Source: Octopus sinensis
Taxonomy: Eukaryota
Direction: 5' to 3'
Assembly (NCBI RefSeq): GCF_006345805.1
Contig: NC_042998.1
Coordinates: 186,558,001 to 186,622,000, forward strand
Length of the DNA stretch: 64,000 bases
Shown here piece after piece: positions 39,431-52,737 of the stretch. Positions within the stretch are counted from its first letter, which is position 1. Each line of letters begins with the position of its first letter. A program made the translations under genes and the position numbers. The notes below the pieces were generated by a model, which saw nothing but the letters and a program-made list of their open reading frames with translations, was not told the DNA's origin and searched no databases.

Positions 39431-39940
39431 ATAAATCCTAGGTGTTTTATAACACCCAGCGCTTTGAGGGAGGCATCCCCACTGCACTAAATCACAGCTT
39501 AGCAGCAAACAAGCATAGCACATACATTGAATATGTGTGGTCAATAATGTTTACAACACTAGCGCTGTTTCAATTCATATTTGAATTTAGTTTTATATAA
39601 GCATCATTGTGGCACACCAGTAAATGGTTTTTAAACTATTTCTATTATAGTCATGGACTAACGATTCAGTTTGTCTTCAATTTGGTTCAGCTATGTGATG
39701 TTGATAAGTCACAAAAATGGTGAAACATCAACGTCCATCACTCCTGAATGGTATTTGGGGTAAGTTGTCTCACCTGTCTATGACTTCTAGGTGTTTTAAC
39801 ACCTGGTGTTTTGAGAGAGGCATCCCCACAGCAATAAATCACAGCCCACTGGCAAACAATTGAGTACGTATGTTCAATAATGTTTACAACACTAGCACTG
39901 CTTCTAATTCATTTATATATATATATATTATATATATATA

Positions 39941-39992
<52 letters not shown>

Positions 39993-41459
39993 GAGAGAGA
40001 GAGAGAGAAGAGAATTCATGTTGAAAGTGGTTGGCATTAGGAAGAGCATCCAGCATTAACAACCATGTCAAAACAGACATTGGAGCTCGATGCAGTCTTT
40101 GGACACATTGGATCCTGTCAAGCCATCTAACCTATGCTGACATGGGACATGGAAATTAAATAATGATGATATATATATATAGATATGTATATATATATAT
40201 ACATATATATGTATATGGGTCAAAAATAAGGAGTGCATTGTGTTATGTGAATGATATTTTCAGAAGTCAAACACGTATAGTAATAAACAAACAGATGGAA
40301 AAACATACTAAATGCACTAGACTACCAAATGCAAGAGACTACCATTAACATATATATGTTTGTGAGTGAGAGAGAGAGTTGGTGTCTTCTTGACTTGACA
40401 TCATGCAAAAATTGTAATCAAGTGCAATTTTAATAGGTGGAGTAAGTCGATTGCATTGACCCCCAGTGCTCAACTGGTACTCATTTTATCAACCCTGAAA
40501 GGGCAAAAGGCAAAGTGACCTTGATAGGAATTTAACTGAGAATGTAAAGAGCAAGACGAAATGTTGCTGATTCTACCATCATGCAGCCTTAATGATAATA
40601 TTAATCCTTTCTAATAAAGACACAAGGCCTTAAATTTGGGGGGATGGTTCTAGTTGATTATATCACTTATTCTCACCATCTCCAATTGTCCTTTGGGGGC
40701 ATATCAACCCCACCCCCACATGACACATCTTTGTCACCATCTCTCTCGTTAGCACTCTATTTTGCTTTCTGACTCACCCATGATCTTTATCTCACTCCCT
40801 AACTCACTCCCCTTTCTTTTCCAACTAGTGTTTCTATATAGCTTATCTACAGCAAGATACTTATCTCTGTCCCTCTATATCTTTAATCTCTCAATAAAAT
40901 AAGTACTCAACATGTACTTATTTTATGAATCCCAAATGGATGAAAAGTAAAGTCAACCTTAGTTGCATTTGAACTCAGGATGTGAAGAGCTGAAAGAAAT
41001 GCCATTTAGCATTTGTCCAATGTGCTAATGATTCTGCCAGCACACTACCTCGTCATCATCATCATCATCATCATCATTTAATATCCATTTTCCATGCTGG
41101 CATGGGTTGGATGGTTTGACAGGTGCTGATAGGCTGGTAGCCACACCAGGCTTCATGGTCTGTTTTGACATGGTTTCTACAGCTAGGTTCCCTTCCTAAC
41201 ACCAACCACTTTACAGAGTGTATTGGCTGCTTTTTATATGGCACCAGTGACTTTTTTTATGTGGCACTAGCATTAGTGCTTTTTACATGGCATTAGCACC
41301 AGTGCTTTTATGTGGCACAAGCACTGCTGTTTTTTATGTGGCACCAGCACCAACAGGGTTACCAAGTACCTTGCAAGAAAAAAACCCTCAGCTGAAAGTG
41401 GAGAATAGTATTGAGTGGGGTGACTTTATGCCATTTGTAGTAAAGTAAAGAAGGAGGTG

Positions 41460-42052
41460 GCAGAGAGGAAGAAGAAGACGAAGAAGAAAGAATAATAAAA
41501 GAATGCGGGATGGTATGATAGTAGCAGGATGTTAAATGGCCAAGTAACCTAAAAGTGACTCGTTGTGGATTATAGCAGTGATTGGGACTGTTTTTAATGA
41601 AATCTTGGGTATCTCTTTTGAATGTATCATTTTTAATATTTGCGTGTGTGTTCTTCTAAGGTCGTGGTGGATATGTCATTTGTTGTAGATGCGTTCAAAA
41701 GGGGTCTGTATTTTGTGATAAAGAAAGACTCTCTACTAATTCGTTGCCTACAGGTTGTATCGTCCCTGAATTGATAGAGGGGAAAAATTCTGAAGCTTGG
41801 ATTTTTATTATTGGTGCAAATGTTGATGTGTTGGCTGAATGCTATTTTTCAGGTTTTTCAGAATTTTGATCTGGGATCTGTGCAAAAGAGATATCTCAAA
41901 AATTCAATCACTACTACCATCCACAAGTCACTTTCAGGGCTCTTGACCATTTAACATCCTACTAATATCATATCACTCCTGCATTCTTCGTCTTCTTCTT
42001 CTTCTTCTTCTTCTTCTTCTTCTTCTTCTTCTTCTTCTTCTTCTCCTCCTTC
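41460..42052 (-). mobile_element. Second Penelope-like remnant with inverted arms and (CTT)n tail
   Basis: Minus translation HINICTNNKNPSFRIFPLYQF...CRQRISRESFFITKYRPLLN resembles a GIY-YIG C-terminus; about 41469-41585 is an inverted copy of about 41905-42050. Confidence 0.6.
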
Positions 42053-43199
42053 TCTCTGTCAAGAATTCACATTGACCTCGAACACACGAGTAAACAAGAA
42101 AGACAGAGACAGGCAGAAACAAGGAAAATGCCCCTTATTTTTGAATACTATGCAAATATTCTTTTAAAAAACTTTTCATTTAATTTTCTCAAAATTTAAT
42201 TGTTTCCCATACTTAGAGTTGAAAAAGTCTCAATGACCGAAACTGGTACTAAAATGTTTTTATAAAATTATTTTAGCATTTTCTACCTTGACTTTTTTTC
42301 CATATATATATCAACTCATGTGTTCCTTTTCAACCTTCTACATATATATATATGTGTGTCTGTGTGCAAACTTTTGCTATTTTTTGTTGCTTGTGTGCAA
42401 GCAGACTGTGTTCACCTTACCTTGATTACCACATTGATACCATTCAATAAAGAAGAAACAACCAGTTGTCATTCATTCAGTACATATGCCGAATTCAACT
42501 AACACAGAATTATTACCATAGCCAGTATTTTTATGATTGCCATTATTATTATCATCATCACTGTTATTTACTTTTTATCTGCATGTTTACTGCAATCACC
42601 TGCTGAGACACACCCAGCATCCTAGGGCAAGTGGAGGATATGAGATGTTACAGGATGACTGAAAGCTTGGGGTGGTGGTGGGGACTGGCAGGGGCATTAG
42701 CAAAATATTTCCATGTAATACAACACAGACATTTAAATTGATAGGGTTTTTCTAAGGATGTGGGCAGTACTTGTCAGCATAATCTTCTGGATTTCTTTGA
42801 GACATGGTTTTCCTGGGATGTTGTCTAGATTTTTCTGACATCCCTTTCTTGTCATACTTAGGGCACCTTCAATAAAAGGAAAAGTTTTTGCTTCAAGATA
42901 TTATTATTATTATTGAGGCAGTGAGCTGACAGAAACGTTAGCATGCTGGACATAATGCTTAGCAGTATTTCATCCATCCTTATGTTCTGAGTTCAAATTC
43001 TGCTGAGGTTGACTTTGCCTTTCATCCTTTTGGGGTCGATAAATAAGTATCAGTTGAGCACTGGGGTTGATGTAATTGACTTTCCCCATCCCCCAAATTT
43101 CAGACCTTCTGCCTTTAGTAGAAAGGATTATAATTAGTATTAATGCAGAGAGAGAGAGAGAGAGAGAGAGAGCGGGCAGGGAGGGAGGGAGAGAGAGAG

Positions 43200-43559
43200 G
43201 AGTGTATGTATGTACATGCATATATACATATACACATACATAAATACATACATGTATGTGCACGCACACACACACATACACATATGTGTATGTATGCATG
43301 CATACATACATACATACATATATACATACTTACTTACATACATACTTACATACATACATACATACATACTTACATACATACATACTTACATACATACACA
43401 TACACACATACATACATACACACATACACACTCACATACACACATACATACATACAAACATACATACATACATACACACACACAGACACACACACACACA
43501 CACACACATACATACACATACATCATACATACATACATACATACTACATACATACATAC

Positions 43560-43590
<31 letters not shown>

Positions 43591-43663
43591 CTTACATACA
43601 TACACATACACACATACATACATACACACATACACACTCACATACACACATACATACATACAA

Positions 43664-43703
<40 letters not shown>

Positions 43704-43760
43704 ACATACATACACATACATACATACATACATACATACATACATACATACATACATACA

Positions 43761-43791
<31 letters not shown>

Positions 43792-43792
43792 T
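43200..43792. repeat. (CATA/CA)n microsatellite with an internal higher-order duplication
   Basis: A variant block containing CACACTCACATAC...CATACAAACATAC occurs twice (about 43385-43500 and 43590-43700). Confidence 0.9.
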
Positions 43793-44470
43793 AATGTGTT
43801 TGCTTCAGATTAACTAATTGACAAAAACCAGGTTCCTTTCCTATTTCACAGTTGAATGGTTAGTAGTATGAAAGGCATTTAGCTGTAAAAACAACAGCGC
43901 CAACAAAAACATCCTAACTATGAAACCATGGGCGGGGAGAAAGATGAAATATAATTATGTATATAATTATGTGTGTGGAAGGGGAATATTCAGGCTTTTA
44001 TTACCACTTACATATGCTGAAATTCCCTGTAGTATGAAATTTTTATCTCATTAATGGATCTTTATTGGACCAAAGGTGATATTCTTGTCACTTAAACTGA
44101 GCATGTGTATAATGTCTGCCTTGAAGTGTCCTCCTTCCAGGTTATAGCTCTGACTTAAACAATGTTTTGATAGAATTCAAAAGCAATGTTTGTGAGGCAC
44201 TAAACTGAAAAGTCATACATCTGATTTGTGTATTATTTCACACTTCAGTCACCCTTCCTCATTTACTAATTCATATTTAATCAATCTAGTTCTGGCTAAG
44301 CTAAAGTAAGCATGATTTTTTTTTTACCTCCACAGAATTATAGAGTAAAATTATTTCAGGACAAGTATTTATTTCCAAGGTTTATTATTCTTGTTTCAGA
44401 ATACTCAAACTCATTCACTTCCTCACTTTCTGTTTTGCCCTCTCCCCCTCTCTCTCTGTGGATGTACCTA

Positions 44471-44533
<63 letters not shown>

Positions 44534-44807
44534 ACATCATACACACACACTGAGCATTAGATATCATATTTATGTGGATATAGATAAATATGTAGCATGT
44601 GTAAAAGATTCGAGCGAGGCCATTGCCAGTACCGCCTGACTGACACGTAAAAGCACCCACTACACTCTCGGAGTGGTTGGCGTTAGGAAGGACATCCAGC
44701 TGTAGAATCTCTGCCAGATCAAGATTGAAGCCTAGTACAGCCATCTGGTTTGCCAGCCCTCAGTCAAATCGTCCAACCCATGCTAGCATGGAAAGCGAAC
44801 GTTAAAC

Positions 44808-44852
<45 letters not shown>

Positions 44853-45442
44853 ACAGGGGATAGCTGTCACTTAAAGACTGAAATTTATACTGCACAAGTG
44901 TCTACCACTATAAAGTCTACAAGATGTAGGTACTTTCAAACGTTGCAGTACATTATGCCTCCCATAAATAGGAATATCAAACATTGAGATATTTCATGAA
45001 GAATAGAATAACATAACTAATTTTATCCATACTGTCTCCAAAAGTCCTTTGGCGATGAGTGCCTAGCAACGTATGCAAAGTTGATGAGTTGGAACAGACA
45101 ATCACAAATCTGCACATTAGGTGATTAAGGTATTTAATAACCTCGTTTTCTTTGACTTTAGCACTTACAAGTATTAGGTGGAATTCCTGTGTCTGAGCAG
45201 CCTTATTTAAGGAAGATACTGCTCAGGAAACTAAAGGGAGCTATAAAAGGTTTTCTAAACATTGTCTGCCCCACAAACCAGTCAGTTTACCACAACTAAG
45301 CACTGTTTACCTCAGTAAAAGCAACAAATGTAAAATCGTAAATGAATGTAAAATGCAAAAACAGAAACAAGTGGATACGTCTATGGATGTGTTGTTGGAA
45401 TGTATGAACCCTATTGATTGATGAAATATTTAGCAGATTATA

Positions 45443-46734
45443 CGAGGGGCGTTCAATAAGTAATGCCTCTGACCCACTTGCAGTTGTTTGATCTAGCTGA
45501 AATTTTGCATGTGCAATTATCTATATCTCTATAGATTAAGTGGTAAATTACAGCTCTGAACTAATTGTGGTTTCTGATTTACAGGTGTTTGAACTGAGTC
45601 AAGTGTGAAATGAAGCCTGTTGAGTGTCGGGCAGTGATCCGCTTTTTATATTTGAAAGGACGCACACCACGGGAGACTTTTGATGAAATGAAAGTAACTT
45701 ATGGTGATGATGCCCCATCATATGACCTTGTAAAACGCTGGCATTGTGAATTCAAACATGGTCGGAACTCTGTGGAAACAGCTCCCAGATCTGGTCGCCC
45801 CCTACTGCTATTGATGAGGCATCTGTCCATCAAGTTGAGGCTGCCATTTTGGAAGATCGACGCATAACTATTCGCCAAATAGCCCATGAGGTCAAGATTA
45901 GTACCGGGTCTGTAAAAACCAATCATTCATGACCATTTGCATATGCAAAAGGTGTCTGCCAGATGGATTCCCAGGTTGCTCACACCGTTCCGGAAGCAAG
46001 AATGCGTCGAGTGCTCGAGGATGAATTTGGAGATGTGCCAAGAAGATGAGTTAACAATTTTCAAAAGACTGATTACACAGGATGAAACCTGGGTCCATCA
46101 CTATGATCCAGAGACAAAAGCCCAATCAATGCAGTGGAAGCACCGTGACTCACCTCCTCCAAAGAAGGCAAGGGTGCAGCCCTCCACTAGCAAGGTCATG
46201 CTCATAGTCTTCTGGGACCAGGACGGAGTAGTGATGACAGATTTCCTGGCAAAGGGTACCACAATTACAGGAGCCTATTATGCTTCACTTTTGATGAAAT
46301 TAAGAGAAGCTATCAAAATCAAGAGGCGGGGCAAGATCAGCAAAGGCATCCTCCTCCTGCAGGACAACGCTCCGGTCCACAACTCGATGGTCGCCAGATC
46401 AGAAGCACAGGCGTGCGGCTATGAACTCCTCCCCCATGCCCCTACTCTCTTGACCTTGCACCCTCTGATTTTCACCTCTTCCCAGCCATGAAGTTGTTTT
46501 TGAAAGGAAAGCGTTTCCCAGATGATGCAGCCTTGATTTCTGACGTCACGTCATGGTTGGAGGACCAAGCTGGGGTCTTCTACAAAAACGGTCTCCAGAG
46601 CTGCATCAAACGATCGTAGAAATGCGTAACTCTGGGTGGTTTCTATGTAGAAAAAGACTAATAACTGTGCCAAGTTTCGTTGCTCTACTGCTATGGGAAG
46701 TGGGTCAGGGGCATTACTTATTGAACGCCCCTCG
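45443..46734 (+). mobile_element. Full-length mariner (DD34D), 1292 bp, inactivated by frameshifts
   Basis: 36-bp TIR CGAGGGGCGTTCAATAAGTAATGCC(T/C)CTGACCCACT with 1 mismatch; TA at 45441-45442 and 46735-46736. Transposase runs from ATG 45610 to about 46661 with WIPRLL, ITQDETW, LLQDNAPVH and (fs)YSLDLAPSDF; 34 residues between D2 and D3. Confidence 0.95.
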
Positions 46735-46736
46735 TA

Positions 46737-46964
46737 AGACAGCGAGCTGGCAGAAACGTTAGCACACCAGGCAAAATGCGTAGCCATATATCGTCTGCCG
46801 TTATGTTCTGAGTTCAAATTCCGCCGAGGTTGACTTTGCCTTTCATCCTTTCGGGGTCGATTAAATAAGTACCAGTTACGCACTGGGGTCGATATAATCG
46901 ACTTTATCCATTTGTCCTTGTTTGTCCTCTCTGTGTTTAATCCCTTGTGGGTAGTAAAGAAATA
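46737..46964 (+). mobile_element. SINE family A
   Basis: Same consensus; its TSD also encloses the adjacent mariner (see findings). Confidence 0.9.
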
Positions 46965-46999
46965 GAAATATCTAGCAGATTGGCCTGTGCATCATACTG

Positions 47000-47405
47000 C
47001 TCTTGATGTAGCAGTGTATAGTTTATAGAAGGTCGATATTGCTACCCTTTCTGGGACATGATTGACAGAAGACCACAGCAAACTGAAATGAGGTTTTTTG
47101 GAGTTCAGTGTAAGGGAGAAATAAGAGGGCTGTGTTGGCTTTGCAATCAAGAAAAAAAAAATAGTTGATAGACTAGATGAACTGCCATCCCAGTGTAAGT
47201 GACCATGTCATTAAACTCCACTTGCAATTGTCATGTGGGCACCATGTGACTTTCTTCTCTGTATGCATATCTCTTTTGTATGAGAATTCTAGGAATGCTG
47301 TTCTTTCCACACTGATAACTGATAACAGAATCATCCTATCTGGAGATTTGAATGTCAAGGTATGCCATGATTGCAACACATGGTCTAGCTTGGGATGCTC
47401 AGCAT
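47000..47405 (+). mobile_element. RTE AP-endonuclease fossil (others at about 49680-49900 and 50090-50330, minus strand)
   Basis: IILSGDLNVKVCHDCNTW resembles the GDFNA motif; minus-strand MKGRSREIVEKLKQR at about 49800. Confidence 0.55.
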
Positions 47406-48966
47406 AAATAAATCATCATCATCATCATCATCGTTTAACGTCCGCTTTCCATGCTAGCATGGGTTGGATGATTTGACTGAAGTTTGGCGAACCAGATGGC
47501 TGCACCAGGCTCCAATTTGATCTGGCAGAGTTTCTACAGCTGGATGCCCTTCCTAATGCCAACCACTCTGAGAGTGCTGTGGATGCTTTTACATGCCATC
47601 AGCATGAGGGCCAGTCAGGCGGTACTGGCAATGGCCACACTCAAATGGTGCCTTTTATGTGCCACCTGCACAGGAGCCAGTCCAGCGGCACTGACAATGA
47701 CCTCGCTGGAATGTTTTTTTCACATGCCACCGGCACAAGTGCCAGTAAGGCGACGTGGGTAACGATCACACTCGAATGGTGTTTTTACGTACCATCAACA
47801 TGGAAAATAAAATAAATAATAATCATCTACTCCTAATGCAGTTATGTTCCAAGCTGAGTCTTGTAATAGGAAATACACGGTTCTACCAAAAAACAGAAGC
47901 ACAAGATTACTTGGGCCCATTTTCTTGATTTTGTCATAATATATAAACATGACATTCATGATCTTTGTAGTGTTACAGCTTTATATAGAGCTACATGTTG
48001 GACAGATCCCCACCTAGTATGTGTAAAACTGAAACTGGTTGTTAGGGAAAAGTTTATAACAAATACCACAAAGGTTCTGAAACAGATGAATGTTGACACT
48101 CTCCAAGCAAAGGCCACATATGTATCTTTTTGTGAAGTTCTAGCAAATTCATCAATGGTTTATGACCAGACTTTAAACATTAAGTTTTTAATATCTTGCC
48201 TTCAGAACATCATCATCATCATCATCATCGTCATCGTCGTTTAACGTCCGCTTTCCATGCTAGCATGGGTTGGACGATTTGACTGAGGACTAGTGAACCA
48301 GATGGCTGCACCAGGCTCCAATCTTGATTTGGCAGAGTTTCTACAGCTGGATGCCCTTCCTAACGCCAACCACTCCAAGAGTGTAGTGGGTGCTTTTACG
48401 TGTCACCGGCACTAGCAATGGTCACAGAAAATCATGTTTATTTTTTAAATTGATTCCATGAAAATAACTCAGAAATATTTGAGTTTCTAGCCATCTAACA
48501 TGAATTATGCCAGAAATTGCTCAATCCTAATTTATGTAGAAAGGAATTTGTATTTTATGTTAAAGGCATCTATCTTGCCCTCTAGGTGCCATACATATCA
48601 CCTAGAAGATCTCTGAAATTATGTGAAGCAGAGGAGTCATTTGGTTTCCATACCATCTTTCTTCAGTTTGTATGTTTTCCCTGTTTAGTTCTTACTTTGA
48701 AGTCACTAATCACTTATTTATGTTGAGTAGTATATACTTCCCCAGTAGTAACTTATATTTACAAACCTTTCTATCACATTCGTTTGTCTAGCTACATTTT
48801 TGCCTAACCGGTGGGTGGTTGAGTGTCTGTTAGTTTCTTGAAGTTAGTATGGGACATGATTAAGTAATTTGTGTCACGGAACTCTAAGAGTCTTGAGCCC
48901 TCTCTATATTTCACAAATCCCCTACAGCCTTATGTGTAGTTATCATATTGTAGTTAAATATATTTA

Positions 48967-49195
48967 TTAACCCTTTCATTACCAACCTGGCTGAAACTGA
49001 CTCTGGCTCTGTAGTACAAATGTCTTGTTTTCATAAGTTCTGAATTAAAATCTTCCACCAAACCTTAGTCACAATTTATGTTCCTAATACAAGCTGAATG
49101 ATAACTAAGTTATTTTACTAAATTCTTTGTTATATTTAAAGTAATTGAAAGAAACACAGAGCATCTCAAAATAAATACAGTAACAAAAGGGCTAA
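48967..49195 (+). mobile_element. piggyBac-like MITE, same family
   Basis: TTAA|CCCTTTCATTACC ... AGTAACAAAAGGG|CTAA; interior matches the other two copies. Confidence 0.8.
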
Positions 49196-50939
49196 AGCCA
49201 CAAGCTGTGATGACAAGGTCACTTTCATTTGTCATTGAGGTTGTTTGCAAGAGGGTCTTGTGAGAATAGTCCCTGTTTTTTCTTCTGTCAGTCTTGTTTA
49301 ATGTACAAATACAGTGATAACTGATACCATTGTGCTGCCCAAGACTAGTCTAATCTTAATTATTCAATTGCCAATTTTGACTAATTACTTACTCCATTTA
49401 TTCATTTTCTAACAATATAAAAAAGCACCAACCGATCGTGGCCGATGCCAGACCCCTCTGGCACCTGTGCGGGTGGCACGTAAAAAGCACCCACTACACT
49501 TGCGGAGTGGTTGGCGTTAGGAAGGGCATCCAGCTGTAGAAACACTGCCAGATCAAACTGGAGCCTGGGGCAACCCCTGGCTCCCCAGACCCCGGTCGAA
49601 CCGTCCAACCCGTGCTAGCGCGGAAAACGGACGTTAAACGATGATGATGATGATGATGATGATAACATCTTCAGCGCTGTTACCCACCCAGAATTTGTAC
49701 CTGTGTTCCTTGCGCATGCACAAGTTAATTGGTTGAGGCTCATTGCCATCTAATCTCTAGCACACATTACACGTTCATTCACCTTTGCTTCAGCTTCTCT
49801 ACAATTTCTCTAGACCTACCCTTCATCATAATAGCATTGATTGTGGTATCCCTGGAGTTTCTGTGAGCATTTGCTCACAGTCAAATTATTCTGACTCATG
49901 GTCAGCTATTTCCATCTGGCCACCCTACTGTCTACAGCAGTGCTGCACAATGTTTTTGCTGCCAGGAACTGTTCAGTTTCTGTGCCATACCTTTCAATTT
50001 TTCATTCATAAAGCCACCACAAAGCAAGTGTTGCTGTAACCATTCCACCTGTGCACCAACTATTTTGTATTACCACTTGCTAAATATGTTCTTTGCTCCC
50101 AGTTTTAATATTTCTCTGATATTTTTATTTTTGCCATAACCCTGATGCTGTATTTTCTGCATTGCTCTTCAGTTCCCAAATCCCTACTCTGCTGTCTCTC
50201 GTAACTTTAATGCCAACCAAGTAAGTCATTGTTGATCGGCTTCAAACCCATGACAGAAGAATCATACACCATCACAGGATTCCAAATGTCCTTCATATTT
50301 TAGGCCCTTCTTTTATGTTAGGTTTATCATGAGTCATAGAACTTATAAGGCCAGTATATGGCATATAAATGACTGAGGTTACAACACTCCCATCTGAATG
50401 GGAAAATGATCCATCACAGGGTTAACTTCTCAGCTATTACTAGACTCATTTACAGCAGAGTGAACTGGAGCAATGTCAAAACAAAGTACTTTTCTCAAAG
50501 ACACAATGTGCTACCTGATCTGAGAATCAAAACCATGATTTTACAATCATGAGTGTAACATCCAGACCACTATGCCACACACCTGCCTTCTTTAATGTGT
50601 CCACTCCATATTGTCTCAGCAAGGCATCATCAACTCAACAATTACAGCTTATTTTTTTTTAACAGAATCTGACCATACAACAATGACGATTTTGCTTATA
50701 TCAGTGGGTGAGGCTTCCCCAGAGCTTCTTGCTTTCACCTGTTGCAGGTATTTGACATCTTATGAGGTTCAGACTCTTAGGATCAGTCTTCACCACTTTG
50801 TCTCATGTCTTTCTATGTCTTCCTCTTCTACAGGTTCCAGCCACATGGAATGCTGAGCACTTCTTTATAGAACTAACATCACATGCCCATACCAGAATAG
50901 CCCTTTATCTTACGCATTATATCTAATTCCTTTATCAAA

Positions 50940-51992
50940 GAAACAAGGATTAGAATTGAAGGGCCTTAGAGTCAACCTAGCTAAAACCAAAGTCCTAATA
51001 AGTTGGAAGGCAGGCAAACCACAAATCCCTTCAGGTAGATGGCCCTGCTCGATCTGTAGAAAAGGCGTAGGTAGAAACTCTATAAGATGTACCCAGTGTA
51101 AGCTATGGACACATAAGAGGTGCAGCAATATCAAAGGAAGGCTAACTGGGAAGATAGTTTTTGTATGTGGCAGATGCTCAGGAGCAATAAACACTGAAAA
51201 TGCACAGAGACCAACTTCCACCACATTACAGGGAGAAAAACTAGAAGTAGTTGATAGCTTCCGTTACCTAGGTGACCAAGTCAATAGCAGGGGAGGTTGC
51301 ACTGAAAGTGTAGCTCCTAGAATAAGAATAGCCTGGGTAAAGTTCAGAGAACTCTTACTTCTGCTGGTGACAAAGGGCCTCTCACTCAGAGTAAAAGGTA
51401 GACTGTATGACACATGTGTACAAACAGCCAAGCTACATGGTAGTGAAACATTGGCCGTGACTGCTGAGGACATGCGTAAGCTCACAAGGAATGAAGCCAG
51501 TATGTAAGTACCTTGAGAGAAAAGTTGGGCCTAAGAAGCATCAGTTGTGGTGTGCAAGGGAGGCGTTTGTGCTGGTATGGCCATGTGGTGAGAATGGATG
51601 TGGTTAGCTATGTGCAAAAGTGCCACAACCTAGCGGTTGAGGGAACCTGTGGAAGAGGTAGACCTAGGAAGACCTGGGATGGGATGGTGAAGCATAACCT
51701 TCGAACATTGGCAGTGCCGCTGGACTGGCTCCTGTGCAGGTGGCACATAAAAAGTACCATTTGAGCATGGCTGTTGCCAGTACCACCTGACTGGCCCTCG
51801 TGCCGGTGGCACGTAAAAGCACCCACTCACTGTCGGAGTGGTTGGCGTTAGGAAGGACATTCAGCTGTAGAAACTCTGCCTGATCAGATTGGAGTCTGGT
51901 GCAGCCATCTGGTTTGCCAGTCCTCAGTCAAATCGTCCAACCCATGCTAGCATGGAAAGCGGACGTTAAACGATGATGATGATGATGATGAT
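50940..51992 (+). mobile_element. 5'-truncated RTE LINE: RT C-terminus, PHD-like finger, 3' UTR and (GAT)n tail
   Basis: 183-aa ORF KGLRVNLAKTK...LEVVDSFRYLG...RIRIAWVKFRELL...LHGSETLAV, then WYGHVVRM...GRGRPRKTW, then the family B UTR. Confidence 0.9.
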
Positions 51993-52307
51993 CCAGCTTT
52001 CCTCTCAGCTCATTTGTGCTGTCATTTATGCATACTAATATTATATATCAAGAGGAACATGCACATTTTATTTCTTTTTAGCTGTCATAAATCTTCTGTA
52101 TTGAAAGCTCATGTTTTGCTGCCATGAAGCATTACACTTTAATATACATGTATCATACAATTTGCTCTTCTGCTCTTTACTTCAAGAGAGAAAACCTTTG
52201 TTGCTATTAGAACTAAGAGCTACCTGAATTTTTCCATCCATTTTAACTATGCTTCCAATGTACACAACTCCACTTTCATTGAGAATTAGATCATCTCAAC
52301 ATAAATG

Positions 52308-52353
<46 letters not shown>

Positions 52354-52737
52354 GTGTGTTTATATACATATATCTTTTTCTTTTTGGATCAGTTTTTCTG
52401 GATTTCCCCTTTCTGTCTTTTTCTTATATATGGTCATTGTTCATATCCCTGATTAAGATTCAGTTATGGAGCTCTTTCAGTGGAAATTTCTTTAAATTCA
52501 GATATGCTTTGGGAAGGATATATCTGTCTACTTTTCATCCATCCATCCATCCATCCGTCCATCCGTCCATCTGTCCATCTGTCCATCAATCTGTCTGTCC
52601 ATCAATCTGTCTGTCCATCCATCCATCCATCCATCCATCCATCCATCCATCCATACATACATACATACATACATACATACAAATGAACCTTGTATTGTAT
52701 TTATGTGTTTACTTGTGTGTGTGCGTGTATGTGTGTA

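Noticed and set aside
50740-50935. Twin-priming inversion of the RTE at 50940
   Set aside because: The inverted piece duplicates the downstream part of the element and is more diverged, so it is more likely an older independent insertion.
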